This document shows positions 59,891 to 64,000 of a stretch of DNA of 64,000 nt, in pieces; the stretch's first letter is position 1; each line of letters begins with the position of its first letter. This stretch comes from Macrostomum lignano (taxonomy: Eukaryota), in the NCBI GenBank assembly GCA_002269645.1, contig NIVC01001775.1, positions 1 to 64,000 on the forward strand, written 5' to 3'. The position numbers were made by a program, and so were the translations under genes. The notes beneath the pieces are model-generated. The model saw only the letters and a list, made by a program, of their open reading frames with translations, had not been told where the DNA came from and did not search any database.

Positions 59891-61029
59891 CTATCCTCAC
59901 TTTCCTTTCCTACTCTGTTTGAACCACTGAAGCATTTTAATAAATTTAAAAAGCAAAGATTGGAACAAAATACCATTGGCAGTCACTTCTTAGGATTATT
60001 GTACTTTACCTGAACTTTTTGTGGGTATGCATACTGTAATAGTTATCGAGTAACCTCTGATTTTTTAGAGTCTTTCTCGGACTTTGAATTTGTCTGGTTG
60101 CTGCCAACTACAAAAAATGTATTTCACTCGCTTCAAAGCGAATCCGCATCCGTCCACTTCACCCATTAGCTGACTAAGTACTCGCTGGATGTTCATTCTC
60201 CTCTCCTATGCCGCATTTTTCTCTTGCAATTGTTCTTCTTTTTTTGTCGCTTTCCAATGTGTAATTGCGATGATTTGTTTTTAAGCCTACTTGTAAGTAG
60301 AATGATAGCGTATCTACCTTGTTATTCTTTTTTACTGTAAAATATTCAAACAATTATATTAAACCTGTTAAAAAGGAGAGGCAAATAATCAAATAATTTG
60401 TTCTTATTGATCAATTTTTAACATTCCTTTTTTGCCTTTCGATTGTCTATTTGCTTCTGATCCATTTATCACATTTCCCAGGAAATTGTTGCGGTTTTTT
60501 TCTGAAAAAACATTCCAATAATATGAAGGATTAAATTGTGCCCAACTTTTGGGTTTTAATACTAAGAATTATTCGTCAAAACAAATGCTTGCGAATAACA
60601 GCTTTGAGCCATTCCAAACGAAGCATTCTTATTGTCTTTTTTATCCTTGTACAGTTATGTACTTGATTATATAAAAATACTTACCGTACTTTAACTCGAT
60701 ACGAAATCCCGATGCACTGCATGTCAGGATAAATATTCTTTACCGCTAAATAGATTTTTTAAATTAATAAGACTTTTCTGCTTCTATTTCTGAGTGCAAA
60801 AAAACAAATCCGTTGGGCGTTGTTTATTGGCTTTACGCCATTGGGTTTTGGCGAGATGTCTTAGACTCTAAAGTATTTTTCGATACATATCGGGTCCTGT
60901 AATTATTAGGTAAGTCTTAGTCATTACGAGGCATATGCAAGTAAAGTTTTATGTAAAATGTAAAGAAATAGAATTATAATTTATCGTACAGTTTTAATTT
61001 ACCTAATTTTTTCACCTTTTCGAAAGCAC

Positions 61030-61035
61030 AAAAAA
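61030..61035 (-). terminator. Pol III terminator (T6) for tRNA-Glu
   Basis: Run of six T on the minus strand a few bases after the tRNA 3' end. Confidence 0.7.
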
Positions 61036-61039
61036 TATA

Positions 61040-61111
61040 TTCCCTGACCGGGAGTCGAACCCGGGCCGCCTGGGTGAGAGCCAGGAATCCTAACCGCTAG
61101 ACCATCAGGGA
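61040..61111 (-). tRNA. tRNA-Glu (anticodon CTC)
   Basis: Minus strand TCCCTGATGGTCTAGCGGTTAGGATTCCTGGCTCTCACCCAGGCGGCCCGGGTTCGACTCCCGGTCAGGGAA: 7-bp acceptor stem, CCTGG/CCAGG anticodon stem, GTTCGA T-loop. Confidence 0.97.
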
Positions 61112-61322
61112 CTTACACTGGAGAGCTTAGAAACTTTAATTTATTTAAAGAAATTGAATCAACATTGGGTCAATACTGTCAACAGTTAGAAAAGAAATAT
61201 TGTTTGGTCCAGTTCTTTCTGCTCGATTCGATTAGTGTCCGTATGTTAAAAATACATAAGCATTAATTTATGAAATACATGTTTACGCTACTATAAGTAG
61301 ATAAACCGTATTTTTTCTGCAG

Positions 61323-62882
61323 TTTCACCAGTTTCGTCAATTTACGAGTTCGTCGCAACGCGTTGGCTTCCAACCGTTGCACCGGCTCGCTGAGCTTCGC
61401 CCACGTCCTGAACAGCTGGAACGTCTGCGCCAGTCTGTCAGATGCAAAGCTCTTCTATTCGACGAATCGCTCAGCCCTCTGCTGGTGCCGGCATCGAGTG
61501 CCACTAAAAGCGGCGTTTTCTCGCCTCTGCTCATACCCTGGCCGGAGCTGCGGCCGGAGCTGGGACCGGACGACTGTCCTATCGTTTTCCTCGGCGGCGA
61601 GTCCGATGTTGATTATGCCAATGGTGATAGCTACTTTGCCGTGGCCGCTTCGGATCGCCTGCTAGCCTGGGCGAGGTCCGCCGCCTTTGGAGTAGTGCAG
61701 TCACCGACCAGGGTGCAGCTCATGACGTCGACCAGGATGATTCATTTGTGGGGCCCGGCCCGGTCTCTGCTAGCCTGGCACCGGTATAACCGGTACTGCT
61801 CCGCCTGCGGCGGCCTCACCGAGATTGCCGATGCGGGGCACAGGTATGTGGGAGGCTGCGGTCCATCCAGGGTCCTAATGGGAGGGTGCGCGGTGGATCA
61901 TCCAGGGTCCTAATGGGAGAGTGCGCGGTGGATCATCCAGGGTCCTAATGGGAGGGTGCGCGGTGGACCATCCAGGGTCCTAATGGGAGAGTGCGCGGTG
62001 GATCATCCAGGGTCCTAATGGGAGAGTGCGCGGTGGATCATCCAGGGTCCTAATGGGAGGGTGCGCGGTGGACCATCCAGGGTCCTAATGGGAGGGTGCG
62101 CGGTGGACCATCCAGGGTTCTAATGGGAGAGTGCGCGGTGGATCATCCAGGGTCCTAATGGGAGAGTGCGCGGTGGATCATCCAGGGTCCTAATGGGAGG
62201 GTGCGCGGTGGACCATCCAGGGTCCTAATGGGAGGGTGCGCGGTGGACCATCCAGGGTTCTAATGGCAGGGTGCGCGGTGGACCATCCAGGGTCCTAATG
62301 GGAGGGTGCGCGGTGGACCATCCAGGGTCCTAATGGCAGGGTGCGGCGGTACATCCAGGGTCCTAGGGAAGGAAGGAGCATTGGTCTAACGAGGATCATA
62401 CGGCCCAACCCGGAATATTGCCTCTGTTGCTGAGCCACTCAAGCTCCAACAAGGCATCCATGAAACGCTTAATCCGCCCCACAATGCGCAGACTACTCTG
62501 CCGCAATGCCGACTGCATAGTGAACGGAAAGCAAAGTAAACCGGGAGCCACAGCAGCCTGGTCTGATCATCCGATTTCGCATCCTCGACTCGATCCGAGC
62601 GCCATCGTCCTGGTGACCCGGGGCGGTCGAGGCTCCGATCAGCCCAGCTGCCTGTTGGCCAGAAAACCGGCCTTCCCGTCCGGCATGCTGTCCTGCTTGG
62701 CCGGCTTCGCTGAGGCCGGCGAATCTCTGGAGGACTGCGTCAGGCGAGAGGTGGCCGAGGAGGTCGGCTTGGCGGTGGGCGAAGTGACGTACAGAGGCAG
62801 CCAGGCCTGGCCATTTCCCTCGCAGCTCATGATTGGATTTGAGGCGGCCACTGCCGAGGGGGATGACATTAACAAAATTCGG
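61323..62882 (+). CDS. NudC-family NAD(H) pyrophosphatase, NUDT13-like; exons 61323-61843 and 62492-62882; probably continues past the window
   Basis: [15 protein letters not shown] zinc finger, GHR|LLCRNADC across a phase-2 intron, HPRLDP, Nudix box [22 protein letters not shown], NudC signature [11 protein letters not shown]. No ankyrin region, which argues against NUDT12. Confidence 0.88.
61862..62365. repeat. 35-bp minisatellite GTGGATCATCCAGGGTCCTAATGGGAGAGTGCGCG in Nudix intron 1
   Basis: Tandem array starting about 20 nt after the donor. Confidence 0.95.
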
Positions 62883-62917
62883 GTGAGGAGCCTTCGTGGC
62901 CTGATTTGCTACTGTTT

Positions 62918-64000
62918 TTCCCATCCTCCGATTCAGATTCCCCATCCCCTGATTCAGATTCTCCAACTCCTGATTCAGATTCCCCATCCACCGATTCAGA
63001 TTCTCCAACTCCTGATTCAGATTCCCCATCCACCGATTCAGATTCCCCATCCTCCGATTCAGATTCCCCATCCTCCGATTCAGATTCCCCATCCCCTGAT
63101 TCAGATTCTCCAACTACTGATTCAGATTCTACAACTCCTGATTCAGATTCTCCAACTCCTGATTCAGATTCTCCAACTCCTGATTCAGATTCTCCAACTC
63201 CTGATTCAGATTCTCCAACTCCTGATTCAGATTCTCCAACTCCTGATTCAGATTCCCCATCCACCGATTCAGATTCCCCATCCTCCGATTCAGATTCCCC
63301 ATCCTCCGATTCAGATTCCCCATCCACCGATTCAGATTCCCCATCCTCCGATTCAGATTCCCCATCCACCGATTCAGATTCCCCATCCACCGATTCAGAT
63401 TCCCCATCCTCCGATTCAGATTCCCCATCCCCTGATTCAGATTCTCCAACTACTGATTCAGATTCTCCAACTCCTGATTCAGATTCCCCATCCCCTGATT
63501 CAGATTCTCCAACTCCTGATTCAAATTCTCCAACTCCTGATTCAGATTCTCCAACTCCTGATTCAGATTCTCCAACTCCTGATTCAGATTCTCCAACTCC
63601 TGATTCAGATTCTCCAACTCCTGATTCAGATTCTCCAACTCCTGATTCAGATTCTCCAACTCCTGATTCAGATTCTCCAACTCCTGATTCAGATTCTCCA
63701 ACTCCTGATTCAGATTACCAAATCTCCAATTCAGATTCTCCATCCCCTGATTCAGATTCCCCATCCTTCAGTTCAGATTCCCCATCCTTCAATTCAGATT
63801 CCCCATCCTTCAATTCAGATTCCCCATCCTTGAATTCAGATTCCCCATCCTTCAATTCAGATTCCCCATCCTTGAATTCAGATTCCCCATCCTTCAATTC
63901 AGATTCCCCATCCTTCAATTCAGATTCCCCATCCTTCAGTTCAGATTCCCCATCCTTCAATTCAGATTCCCCATCCTTGAATTCAGATTCCCCATCCTTG
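62918..64000. repeat. 21-bp minisatellite (GATTCAGATTCCCCATCCTCC / GATTCAGATTCTCCAACTCCT) in Nudix intron 2
   Basis: Tandem array running off the window end. Confidence 0.96.

Noticed and set aside
49255-62365. 20-35-bp repeat arrays as possible CRISPR arrays
   Set aside because: Units are directly adjacent with no unique spacers, no cas genes are present, and the context is eukaryotic introns.

Overview
Eukaryotic (animal) genomic DNA. GC-rich exons, very short introns and minisatellite-filled introns suggest a flatworm such as Macrostomum lignano; this is an inference, not a database result. Host genes: the 3' end of a PTP pseudophosphatase domain; an intronless RRM + RGG-repeat gene carrying a 1-nt frameshift; a small secreted Cys-rich protein; a two-exon C6orf89-like membrane protein; an 8-exon NEK1-type kinase; tRNA-Glu(CTC); and the 5' part of a NudC/NUDT13-like Nudix gene that has no genomic ATG at its first exon. 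The 8.7-37.5 kb region is a transposon cluster: a MITE, two Crypton tyrosine-recombinase remnants, an APE-RT-RNaseH LINE, Tc1 and Gypsy fragments, and a three-layer nest (P-like > piggyBac > Gypsy). In the nest, the two outer layers keep their TSDs, and the P-like and piggyBac reading frames re-join at the insertion sites. Most interesting leads: an 8-mer (CCATAGAC) shared by unrelated transposon classes, a hairpin motif bracketing the Crypton region, an HDV-like fold at the LINE 5' end, a probable spliced-leader-donated start codon, and a private minisatellite in every NEK1 intron. No CRISPR array and no rRNA were found.
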